Shown: piece by piece, positions 8,868-16,424 of the stretch | How the letters are laid out: every line of letters starts with the position of its first letter | How positions within the stretch are numbered: the stretch's first letter is position 1 | NCBI GenBank assembly: GCA_024407775.1 | Contig: JAKSVV010000002.1 | Location: 1 to 47,728 of the forward strand | DNA: 47,728 bases | From: Clostridia bacterium | GTDB lineage: Bacteria > Bacillota > Clostridia > Lachnospirales > JAKSVV01 | Reading direction: 5' to 3' | Program-made: the position numbers and the translations under genes | The notes under the pieces: generated by a model | What the model saw: only the letters and a program-made list of their open reading frames with translations | Databases searched by the model: none | What the model was told of the DNA's origin: nothing

Positions 8868-9320
8868 TTATTCAGTTTTTTGATCATTGTTTTCTTTAAC
8901 TTCTTCAGTTTTCTTTTTTTCTTTCTTTAAGTAACGTTTGTATTGTTGGTTAAAACCTTGAAGTACATATTCTTTCTTTGCAATCATGATGTTAATAATT
9001 TCTTTAGTTGGAACTCTTTTGTTCTTTAAGAATTCTTGAATTACCGCAACAAATTTTGGTAAATCTTCATAAGTTACATTAAGAATAAGTTTCTTTTGTT
9101 CATTATCTATATATAAACGATTTTCTTCTTGTCCAGTGATAATATAAAATTCTGCGATTTCATCGCCATCACTTCCCTTAAATAAGTTAGTTAAAACTGG
9201 TATAGAACCCTCATCTTTGTTATCAATAAGAGCTAATACGGTTTCAATAATGCTTTTCATTTCATCGTCATTATAGAAATGCCAAGAAATTATACCTTTT
9301 AGTTTCTTTACAATTTTCAT
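8868..9320 (-). CDS. hypothetical protein (150 aa) with Lys/Glu-rich C-terminus
   Basis: Clean ORF with a GGGAGG RBS. No family recognised. Confidence 0.55.
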   Translation of the reverse strand: MKIVKKLKGIISWHFYNDDEMKSIIETVLALIDNKDEGSIPVLTNLFKGSDGDEIAEFYIITGQEENRLYIDNEQKKLILNVTYEDLPKFVAVIQEFLKNKRVPTKEIINIMIAKKEYVLQGFNQQYKRYLKKEKKKTEEVKENNDQKTE

Positions 9321-9609
9321 ATAATAATACCTCCCGCAAATATCTGGCTATTATTTAGGTTTCTAAATAATAACAAGTATATTATAACATAAATTATTGA
9401 TTTTGAAAAGAGGTTTTTGACAATTTTTGGATAATACTGCCAATTAGAGCATATACTTTCCAGTTTGATAATTTGAGACAAAATAAAGTATTGATAAAAA
9501 ATACGCGATTTTGTATACTAGTACACACTTATCTTGCATTTCTAAAAAAGTTTCCTTCTATTATATATAGCATTAAAAAAGCACCAATCAAAATGATAGT
9601 GCTTATATT

Positions 9610-10794
9610 TTAAAATAATTTAAGTCCGCGAGATCTCGGCATTACATAGTCTTCATATTCTCTTATAAAGAATTCATCTGTCATACCAGCTATGAAGTCT
9701 ACTACCATTATTTCAGGTCTTGTTAGTTCTCTATATTCCTTAGAGTTACTATTTATAAAGTTATATATGCTTGAATTTTCATTACCATCTTTAATATCAT
9801 TTAAGTATTTTTCATACATTATGCCAAACATATTATCACGTTTATCTTTTGAGTCCTGAGTTACAGGATTATAATATATATTTTTATAGTTAAAATCAAA
9901 TAATGCTTCAAAAGCTTCATGGCATTCTTTACTAAAGAATAGGCCTTCTTTTCCATATGAATTGTTGATTATATCATATGTTAAACTTCTTACTATTTGT
10001 CTATTTTCACTTCCTAGAACGTCTTTTATATCCTTAGGTAAGTCACTTCTCTTAAGAAGTCCAAGCGATATAGCGTCTTCAAAGTCTCTTCCTACATAGC
10101 TTATAAGGTCGCTTATTCTCATAATACATCCTTCATAAGTCATAGGAACCATCGTTTTATCAGCATTTACGTCTTTAAAACAGTTTTGATATTCCATAAT
10201 AACATTAGCTGATTTCTTGTTAAAGTTAGGTTTATAGCCTTCTCCTGGGTTTTTATCATCAGCAAATTTAACAGATTCACCATTATGACAGGCAATTCCA
10301 TCAAGAACTTGTAATGATACGTTTGCATTTAATATATCTCTAAGTATTCTTACGCTTTGAGCGTTATGTTTAAAGTAATATCCAAAGTTTTTAGTTATGT
10401 TGTTTATCGCTCTTTCACCATCATGCCCAAATGGAGTATGTCCAAGGTCATGGCCTAGTGATATAGCTTCAATAAGGTCTTCATTATAACCAAGTGATCT
10501 ACCAATGTTTCTAGCAATCTTAGATACAAGTTGTACATGAAGTCCACGTGTAGTAATAAGATCATTCTGAACCATACTAAATACTTGTGTTTTACCCATG
10601 TATCTAGTGTAAGCCTTTGTGTTAATAATCTTATCAACGTCATCGCTGAAGTTACCAATTACAGCATTTGTTTTATGCGGATTTTCATAAATTGCATCTT
10701 TGCTAAAACATGCATTTTTATTAAGTTTTTCCTTTTCTCTTAAATCAACGTCATTAGCTATTTCCTTAGCTATTTCATTGTTTAACTTAATCAT
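9610..10794 (-). CDS. HD-domain dNTP triphosphohydrolase-like protein (dGTPase family)
   Basis: ATG at 10794 after a GGAGG RBS. HD motifs HVQLVSKIARNIG and SLGHDLGHTPFGHDGE. C-terminal DFIAGMTDEFF is typical of dGTPase-like proteins. Confidence 0.85.
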   Translation of the reverse strand: MIKLNNEIAKEIANDVDLREKEKLNKNACFSKDAIYENPHKTNAVIGNFSDDVDKIINTKAYTRYMGKTQVFSMVQNDLITTRGLHVQLVSKIARNIGRSLGYNEDLIEAISLGHDLGHTPFGHDGERAINNITKNFGYYFKHNAQSVRILRDILNANVSLQVLDGIACHNGESVKFADDKNPGEGYKPNFNKKSANVIMEYQNCFKDVNADKTMVPMTYEGCIMRISDLISYVGRDFEDAISLGLLKRSDLPKDIKDVLGSENRQIVRSLTYDIINNSYGKEGLFFSKECHEAFEALFDFNYKNIYYNPVTQDSKDKRDNMFGIMYEKYLNDIKDGNENSSIYNFINSNSKEYRELTRPEIMVVDFIAGMTDEFFIREYEDYVMPRSRGLKLF

Positions 10795-11035
10795 ATTACC
10801 TCCAATAAACAACCAATACTTTGTGAGATAATTTCACTATAGCACAAATTTTTTATTTTTCTAGTTATTTACTAATTTTTATGTAAATTGAAATTAATTT
10901 TTTCAATAATTTAATTAAATATTAATCTAGTTTACATAAATATTTTATGTAACTATCGCTATATTATTTATATAATTTACCATTTATGATATTATTTTCA
11001 AATTCAATTTTTGAAAAAAATTTTTGAATTTTTGA

Positions 11036-11071
11036 AAATAAAAAAATGGATGAAATTCATCCATTTTTTTA
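11036..11071 (-). terminator. bidirectional rho-independent terminator
   Basis: Stem ATGGATGA / TCATCCAT, flanked by an A-run and a T-run. Lies 22 nt after the stop at 11093. Confidence 0.8.
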
Positions 11072-11092
11072 TATAAAATTTTTGATCTCTTA

Positions 11093-11254
11093 CTAAGAGT
11101 TTCTACCAAAAACAAGGCCAAAGCCAGCCATAAAGCCAGTAAGTGATGCTGCTATTATTTCAGGAACCGCTGGTCCAAGATAAGCATAAGCTCCGCCGCC
11201 AAATAATACTGTTCCAACTGCACATGCAATAATAAACTTAGTTCTTTCTTTCAT
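11093..11254 (-). CDS. small hydrophobic Gly/Ala-rich (glycine-zipper-like) membrane peptide, 53 aa
   Basis: Not in the track (under 60 aa). Hand translation gives MKERTKFIIACAVGTVLFGGGAYAYLGPAVPEIIAASLTGFMAGFGLVFGRNS*. AAGGAG RBS (aaaaaggagattaac ATG). Confidence 0.45.
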   Translation of the reverse strand: MKERTKFIIACAVGTVLFGGGAYAYLGPAVPEIIAASLTGFMAGFGLVFGRNS

Positions 11255-11274
11255 GTTAATCTCCTTTTTGGGTG

Positions 11275-11433
11275 CTATCTCATGTTGTAACTAACCTGAT
11301 ACCCACATTCAGGGCACTTTCCAGATAAACTGTAGAAAACTGTGTTACATACCGGACAACGGTACGTACTAGGTAATGAACTAGGCTTAACGCCTTTTGG
11401 TCTGAGTTTTGGTTTCTTCTTCTCGTTTCTCAT
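11275..11433 (-). CDS. small basic zinc-ribbon protein, 52 aa
   Basis: Not in the track. Hand translation gives MRNEKKKPKLRPKGVKPSSLPSTYRCPVCNTVFYSLSGKCPECGYQVSYNMR*, with CPxC ... CPxC. AAGGAG RBS (tataaggagatattgctt ATG). Confidence 0.45.
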   Translation of the reverse strand: MRNEKKKPKLRPKGVKPSSLPSTYRCPVCNTVFYSLSGKCPECGYQVSYNMR

Positions 11434-11494
11434 AAGCAATATCTCCTTATAATAAACAAAATTCTTGTTAATAAGAACAAATTAGTTACCTAGG

Positions 11495-11523
11495 ATTATA
11501 TCACTATTTCCATTTTTTGTAAA
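11495..11523 (-). promoter_or_regulatory. near-consensus sigma-A promoter for the two-peptide cassette
   Basis: Minus strand reads TTTACA, 17 nt, TATAAT. Confidence 0.6.
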
Positions 11524-11549
11524 CACATTATTGATTTTATTTTTATAAT

Positions 11550-11590
11550 AAAAAAGTAGTTAAAATTTTATTTCTTTTAACTACTTTTTT
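11550..11590 (-). terminator. rho-independent terminator after the hemolysin-III gene
   Basis: 12-bp AT-rich stem AAGTAGTTAAAA / TTTTAACTACTT, flanked by A and T runs. Confidence 0.65.
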
Positions 11591-11607
11591 ATATTTATAA
11601 ATATTTT

Positions 11608-12444
11608 TTAGTGATATATAAAAAATGTTATAGCAATATAATGACATACTGCTGCAAGATTTATTAATAAGTGCCAAATCATGTGATGATATTTAAAATT
11701 TTTCATTGCATAAAATACTGATCCTAGTGTATATAAAACTCCACCTGCTCCTATTAAAATTATAAAAGTTAAACTTGCATTAGCAAGGAATAATGGGAAG
11801 AAGAAAATAATTGTCCATCCCATAATCAAATATATTGTTAAACTTACTTTTGGTATAGATCTTTTAGCTAATGATTTATAAAATATTCCGAATAAAACCA
11901 TTGTCCATTGAACACATACAATAACTATACCTTGCCATCCACCAATTAAATATAAAGCAATTGGTGTATATGTTCCAGCTATTGCGAAATAAATAAATAT
12001 ATGGTCAAATATTTGGAACACTCTTTTATGTGTTGTGTACTCTCTCATAACATGATATAGAGTACTAAATAAAAACATTAAAAAAATTGATACAACAAAT
12101 ATACTAGCACCAACTGCTGCTGTAATTGGTTTATCTATTGCATGAGTATATGCCCATATAGCACTAAAAGGTAATGCAAATAAACATAGTAATGCCATTG
12201 GTCCATGAGTAGTTGCATTAGCTACTTCTTCACCAAATGTATAAATATATTTTTTCTTTTTACCTGTTGTTTTTATATAAGCTTCTTCTTCAAGAATTTC
12301 AGCTTCAGTTTCATCTATTAAATGTTGTTCTTCTTTAAGAGCAATTTCTTCTCTTAATTTATACATCTCTTCTTTTAATTTAAATTTATCTTGTTTATTT
12401 TTCATTTTTTCTTGTTTGATTTTCATCTTATCTGATTTTTTCAT
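11608..12444 (-). CDS. hemolysin III / PAQR family membrane protein with charged N-terminal extension
   Basis: ATG at 12444 after a GGAGG RBS. Seven-TM core with HGPMALL, YHVMREY, FDHIFIYFAIAGTYTP and HMIWHLLINLAAVCHY. The first ~70 aa are K/E-rich. Confidence 0.85.
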   Translation of the reverse strand: MKKSDKMKIKQEKMKNKQDKFKLKEEMYKLREEIALKEEQHLIDETEAEILEEEAYIKTTGKKKKYIYTFGEEVANATTHGPMALLCLFALPFSAIWAYTHAIDKPITAAVGASIFVVSIFLMFLFSTLYHVMREYTTHKRVFQIFDHIFIYFAIAGTYTPIALYLIGGWQGIVIVCVQWTMVLFGIFYKSLAKRSIPKVSLTIYLIMGWTIIFFFPLFLANASLTFIILIGAGGVLYTLGSVFYAMKNFKYHHMIWHLLINLAAVCHYIAITFFIYH

Positions 12445-12521
12445 ATAAGCCTCCAAAATTTTCATCAACATTCATAAATAAAATTCATGAATGTTTTATA
12501 TAAAATAATTTATTTTTATTA

Positions 12522-13391
12522 TTATAATTCTTCTTGATTTATATTTACAAATCCTCTTCCTACAACTTCATTTGCTGTACATGAAATTATAAAAGAATCT
12601 TCATCAATTTTTTGAACTATTTTTTTGATAACAGGTACTTCTTTTTTATTACAAGCACACATTAAAACTTTTTTATTATCCTTAGAGTACATCCCTGTTC
12701 CTTCAAGAGCAGTTACTCCTCTACTTAATTTTGATAAAATTTCATTTGTAATTTCATCATATTTATTTGAAATAATATATACAACTTTTCCAAAACGAGT
12801 ACCAAGTGCAACGATATCAGAAATTTTATAACAAACATATATTGCAAGAATTGCATATAATCCTTTTTGTACTCCAAAGAAATATGCACCAAGAACTACT
12901 ATTGTAGATTCAATAATTGTAAGTAATGTTCCAAGTGTTGCATATGGTTTAAAGTGTTTAATAATTATTGCAACAATATCTGTTCCTCCAGTTGTGCCTA
13001 AACCTTTAAATACTAATCCATTTCCAACACCAGAAATAATTCCTCCATATAATGCAATTAAAAATAAATCATTATCATTAATTACTTCACTAAAGAAATT
13101 TAGATCAATATTTTCAATTGCTAAAAACATTGATAAAGCAAGTGTGCCATAAATTGTTCTTATACCAACTTTTTTACCATCAAGCATTATTGCTATAATT
13201 AATAATGGTAAATTTATTGCTAAGTTTGTAACCCATAATGGAATGTTAGTAAAATATTTAACCATGATACAAATACTAGTACAGCCGCCAGCAATAAGTT
13301 CAACTTTATCAAACAAAAATGCATAAGCAACTGCTAATAAAAATGCTCCAACAGTTATATAAATATAATCAAGAATTGTATTCTTATTCAT
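12522..13391 (-). CDS. YitT family membrane protein (DUF2179 C-terminal domain)
   Basis: Multi-TM N-terminus with GLGTTGGTDIVAIII. C-terminal soluble domain SRGVTALEGTGMYS...IISCTANEVVGRGF. The likely start at 13391 (GAGG RBS) overlaps the scpB stop. Confidence 0.85.
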   Translation of the reverse strand: MNKNTILDYIYITVGAFLLAVAYAFLFDKVELIAGGCTSICIMVKYFTNIPLWVTNLAINLPLLIIAIMLDGKKVGIRTIYGTLALSMFLAIENIDLNFFSEVINDNDLFLIALYGGIISGVGNGLVFKGLGTTGGTDIVAIIIKHFKPYATLGTLLTIIESTIVVLGAYFFGVQKGLYAILAIYVCYKISDIVALGTRFGKVVYIISNKYDEITNEILSKLSRGVTALEGTGMYSKDNKKVLMCACNKKEVPVIKKIVQKIDEDSFIISCTANEVVGRGFVNINQEEL

Positions 13392-14340
13392 CTTCACCCT
13401 CATCTTCTATATCTTCATCTTCATCCCAGTCTTCATCATCGTCATCCCAATCATCATCGTCTTCATCATCTTCTTCAGTATATGAATCCCAATCAATATG
13501 ATCTATATCAAATTCTTTTTCTTCTTCATCAAGATTAACATCTTCGATTACTTCTTCACTATTATCTTCTGCTGTTTCAGATTTTTCTTCAGAATTATTT
13601 TCTCCATCAACTTTTTCTTCACTAGAATTTTCTTCTTGATTTTCATCTTGATTTTCTTCTTGATTTTCTTCTTGCGATTCTTCTTTCTTAGGTGGATTTT
13701 CTTTTAATTCTTTTGCAAGTTCTTCAGCAGCTGTAATAGCCATTGAGATTTCTTCTGAAGGTTCTTTTTCACCTTGTTCTTTTAATCTAATTAATTCTTG
13801 GTCTATGTTATCATTTGTGATTTGTCTTTGTTCAGCAACTTCAGGTAAATCTTCTAAGTTTTGTAATCCAAAATACATTAGGAATTTATCACTTGTTCCA
13901 AATAAAATTGGTCTACCAATTTTATCAGCTCTTCCTACTTCACAAATTAATTCATATTCTAATAATTTATTTACAATATAATCAGATTTAACTCCTCTTA
14001 TATTTTCTATTTCTAATTTAGTAATAGGTTGTTTATATGCAATAATAGCAAGTGTTTCCAGCATAGATGCACTTATTCTTGGTTTTTCAAGTTCAGCATT
14101 TGCTTTAGTTAAATATCCAAAAATATTTTGTTTAGTAACAAGTTGAAATTTATTATCAAATTTAATAATTTTAATTCCTCTTGTTTCATCTTCTTCATAC
14201 ATCTTTATTAAATCATCCATGATTTGTTTTGCTTCATCAACTGTTTTTTCAAGTGCTGTTGCAATTCCTTTAATATTTACAGGATCATTAGATACGAATA
14301 ACATACCTTCAATGATTCTATACATTTCTTCATTACTCAT
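13384..14340 (-). CDS. scpB: segregation and condensation protein B with ~130-aa acidic C-terminal tail
   Basis: N-terminal ~190 aa are ScpB-like (IIEGMLFVSNDPVNIKGIA, LETLAIIAYKQPITKLEIENIRGV, GRPILFGTSDKFLMYFGL). The rest is E/D/N-rich and ends in EEDDEDDDDWDDDDEDWDEDEDIEDEGEDE. Confidence 0.9.
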   Translation of the reverse strand: MSNEEMYRIIEGMLFVSNDPVNIKGIATALEKTVDEAKQIMDDLIKMYEEDETRGIKIIKFDNKFQLVTKQNIFGYLTKANAELEKPRISASMLETLAIIAYKQPITKLEIENIRGVKSDYIVNKLLEYELICEVGRADKIGRPILFGTSDKFLMYFGLQNLEDLPEVAEQRQITNDNIDQELIRLKEQGEKEPSEEISMAITAAEELAKELKENPPKKEESQEENQEENQDENQEENSSEEKVDGENNSEEKSETAEDNSEEVIEDVNLDEEEKEFDIDHIDWDSYTEEDDEDDDDWDDDDEDWDEDEDIEDEGEDE

Positions 14341-14352
14341 TTAATTTACCTC

Positions 14353-15306
14353 TTAGTTGTTGTCATTATTTTCGTTATTTGTTTCTTCGTTTTTTTCTTC
14401 GTCTTGTTCTTTTTGTTTTTCTATTTGTTCTGCTAATTCATTTTCTAATTTATTTTCAAGTTCTTCTAATTCTTCAGGTGTTTTTATTTCATCAATTCTA
14501 TCAACATTGATATCCATATCTGCACTTTCAAAATCAATTCCCTCATCAAACTCATCAGCTTTTTCAATATTAATTTCACCAAAGATTTCATCTTGTGTTA
14601 CTTTTAATTTTTTCATTTTAATCATTTCAAGAAGTGCAAGGAATGTCATAACCTTTTCCATCTTATCTTCACTATCTTCAAATAATTCACTAAATTTTAC
14701 GTTATCAAAATTTGATAATCTATCATAGATATGAGTCATTTGCATTTCAACTGTAAAGACTCTTTTCTTTCTTACTGTTTCTTCAATATGATGAGCTGTT
14801 TCTTTATCATCAGGTTTTTCTTCAGGTTTTCTTTCTTGTTTCATAATTTTTAAGAATGCTTGAGTTAATACATCCATGTTTACACCTTCAAGGAATGTAT
14901 CATAATCTATGCTTTCTTTATATTCTTGTAAGATTTTTTGATTACCTTTGAATGCAATGTCACCAGATTCTTCTTCCATAGCTCTTAGTTCTTCACAAAC
15001 ATCTTTGAAACGTTTGTATTCTAAAAGTCTTGTAACAAGTTCTAGTCTTGGGTCAATTTCTTCATCATTTTCATCTTTTTCAAGTGGTAATAACATCTTA
15101 GATTTAATCTTAAGAAGTGTTGCTGCCATGATTAAAAATTCCCCTATGTTATCGATATCTTTTTCTTCCATAGCTTCAACTTCTTTAACATATTCTGATG
15201 CAATGAAAGCCATTGGGATATCGTAAATATCAATCTTATGTTTTTCTATTAAACTATATAATAAATCAAATGGTCCTTCGAAGACCTCTAGTTTTACGTT
15301 TAACAT
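14353..15306 (-). CDS. scpA: segregation and condensation protein A (kleisin) with acidic C-terminal extension
   Basis: LEVFEGPFDLLYSLIEKHKIDIYDIPMAFI plus ATLLKIKSKMLLP. The C-terminal ~70 aa are E/D/N/K-rich. Confidence 0.9.
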   Translation of the reverse strand: MLNVKLEVFEGPFDLLYSLIEKHKIDIYDIPMAFIASEYVKEVEAMEEKDIDNIGEFLIMAATLLKIKSKMLLPLEKDENDEEIDPRLELVTRLLEYKRFKDVCEELRAMEEESGDIAFKGNQKILQEYKESIDYDTFLEGVNMDVLTQAFLKIMKQERKPEEKPDDKETAHHIEETVRKKRVFTVEMQMTHIYDRLSNFDNVKFSELFEDSEDKMEKVMTFLALLEMIKMKKLKVTQDEIFGEINIEKADEFDEGIDFESADMDINVDRIDEIKTPEELEELENKLENELAEQIEKQKEQDEEKNEETNNENNDNN

Positions 15307-15461
15307 TTCATCTGTCCTTTATAAAATTTTTCTACACAATTTACTTCGTCATAATAATTTTATTTCTAAAGATTATTACATATATTTTTATATCATATTT
15401 TTTAGCGTTTGTATATCTTTTTAATGTAGGTAATTCCTAACATTTTTGGCAATATATAAGA

Positions 15462-16142
15462 CTAATTAAAATGATCAATTATATAATAAATTCCTATTGC
15501 TATAATGCTAACTATAAAATGTGAAGCAAAGAAGAAAATTGATTCTAATAATGATACTATTGGGAAAATAATATATCCAATTACATTTGTGAATAATAAT
15601 AAAATCATAAGTACAATTGAAATATATTGTTCATAGTCCATAATCCAGAAATATAATTTCTTAGGTAATAGTCCTCCGAAAATTTTAGCTCCATCAAGTG
15701 GTGGAATTGGTATTAAGTTAAATATACCAAGTGATAAGTTAACACTAATACATGCTGCTAACATTTGCATAGCAAGGTTCCCGATTGTTGTTGCTCCTAT
15801 TCCAAATTGTCCAAGTGCAACATAAATAAGTGTAAATACAAAACCAAGAGCAATATTACTAAGTGGTCCTGCAAGTGCTACAAGAACTGTACCACGTTTT
15901 GGATTTTTAAAATTTCTTGGGTTAATTGGAACTGGTTTTGCCCATCCAAAGTGTACTAAAAATAAACATAAGAATCCAATAGGATCAATATGTTTTAGTG
16001 GATTAATTGTTAATCTTCCTAAATTTTTAGCTGTATTATCTCCCATCTTGTATGCCATAAAAGCATGTGATGCTTCATGGAATCCAAGTGCAATTATTAC
16101 TGCTGGAAGTGATATTAATAATTCAATTATTTTTGCTTGCAT
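15462..16142 (-). CDS. site-2 protease family (peptidase M50) membrane metalloprotease
   Basis: HEASHAFMA (HExxH) in the first TM region, plus FNLIPIPPLDG (NxxPxxxLDG motif). Confidence 0.88.
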   Translation of the reverse strand: MQAKIIELLISLPAVIIALGFHEASHAFMAYKMGDNTAKNLGRLTINPLKHIDPIGFLCLFLVHFGWAKPVPINPRNFKNPKRGTVLVALAGPLSNIALGFVFTLIYVALGQFGIGATTIGNLAMQMLAACISVNLSLGIFNLIPIPPLDGAKIFGGLLPKKLYFWIMDYEQYISIVLMILLLFTNVIGYIIFPIVSLLESIFFFASHFIVSIIAIGIYYIIDHFN

Positions 16143-16367
16143 AAAATCTCCTAAAAAAAATTTTTTATTTTTTTATTTCCATTTTAGTTAGTATAATTAA
16201 TTTTTTAAAAAATATTTTTTTCATATCTATCCCTCTTGTTTACAAGGAATAAATTTTTTATATTAAAATTTTTATAAATATTTTTTCAGTGTATCATTTC
16301 CAAAAAAATTTTTTAAAAATATTTTTTTATGTTTTTTATATTTTTATATATTTTTATCTTATTATGA

Positions 16368-16397
16368 AATAAAGTCACAACTAGTTGTGACTTTATT
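16368..16397 (-). terminator. hairpin terminator after yloV-like gene
   Basis: Perfect 10-bp palindrome AAAGTCACAA CTAG TTGTGACTTT. The T-tract on the minus strand is interrupted (TTTATTT). Confidence 0.6.
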
Positions 16398-16424
16398 AAT
16401 ATTTTAATCATTAATTTTTATAAT

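Noticed and set aside
10960-11035. Near-palindromic TTTTTGAA / TTCAAA repeats (ttcaaattcaatttttgaaaaaaatttttgaatttttgaaaa).
   Set aside because: The reverse complement does not match well when written out. It is an AT-only low-complexity sequence adjacent to a genuine terminator, and there is insufficient evidence for an operator or an RNA element.
13319-13707. Plus-strand ORFs 13319..13501 (poly-Ser) and 13498..13707 (poly-Phe/Ile) from the ORF track.
   Set aside because: They are antisense shadows of the GAA/GAT-rich acidic tail of scpB. They have extreme low complexity, no RBS and full overlap with a well-supported gene.
14357-15226. Plus-strand ORFs 14357..14728 and 14948..15226 (Ser/Phe-rich).
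   Set aside because: They are antisense shadows of scpA with low-complexity composition.
16143-16424. 282-bp extremely AT-rich spacer with a repeated ~20-mer (TTTTTTAAAAAATATTTTTTT at ~16201 and TTTTTTAAAAATATTTTTTT at ~16309).
   Set aside because: It consists of low-complexity A/T tracts. Similar strings occur in other intergenic regions (for example 21961-21985). I saw no stable structure or ORF beyond the yloV terminator hairpin. It is probably promoter/UP-element or curvature DNA for the M50 protease gene.
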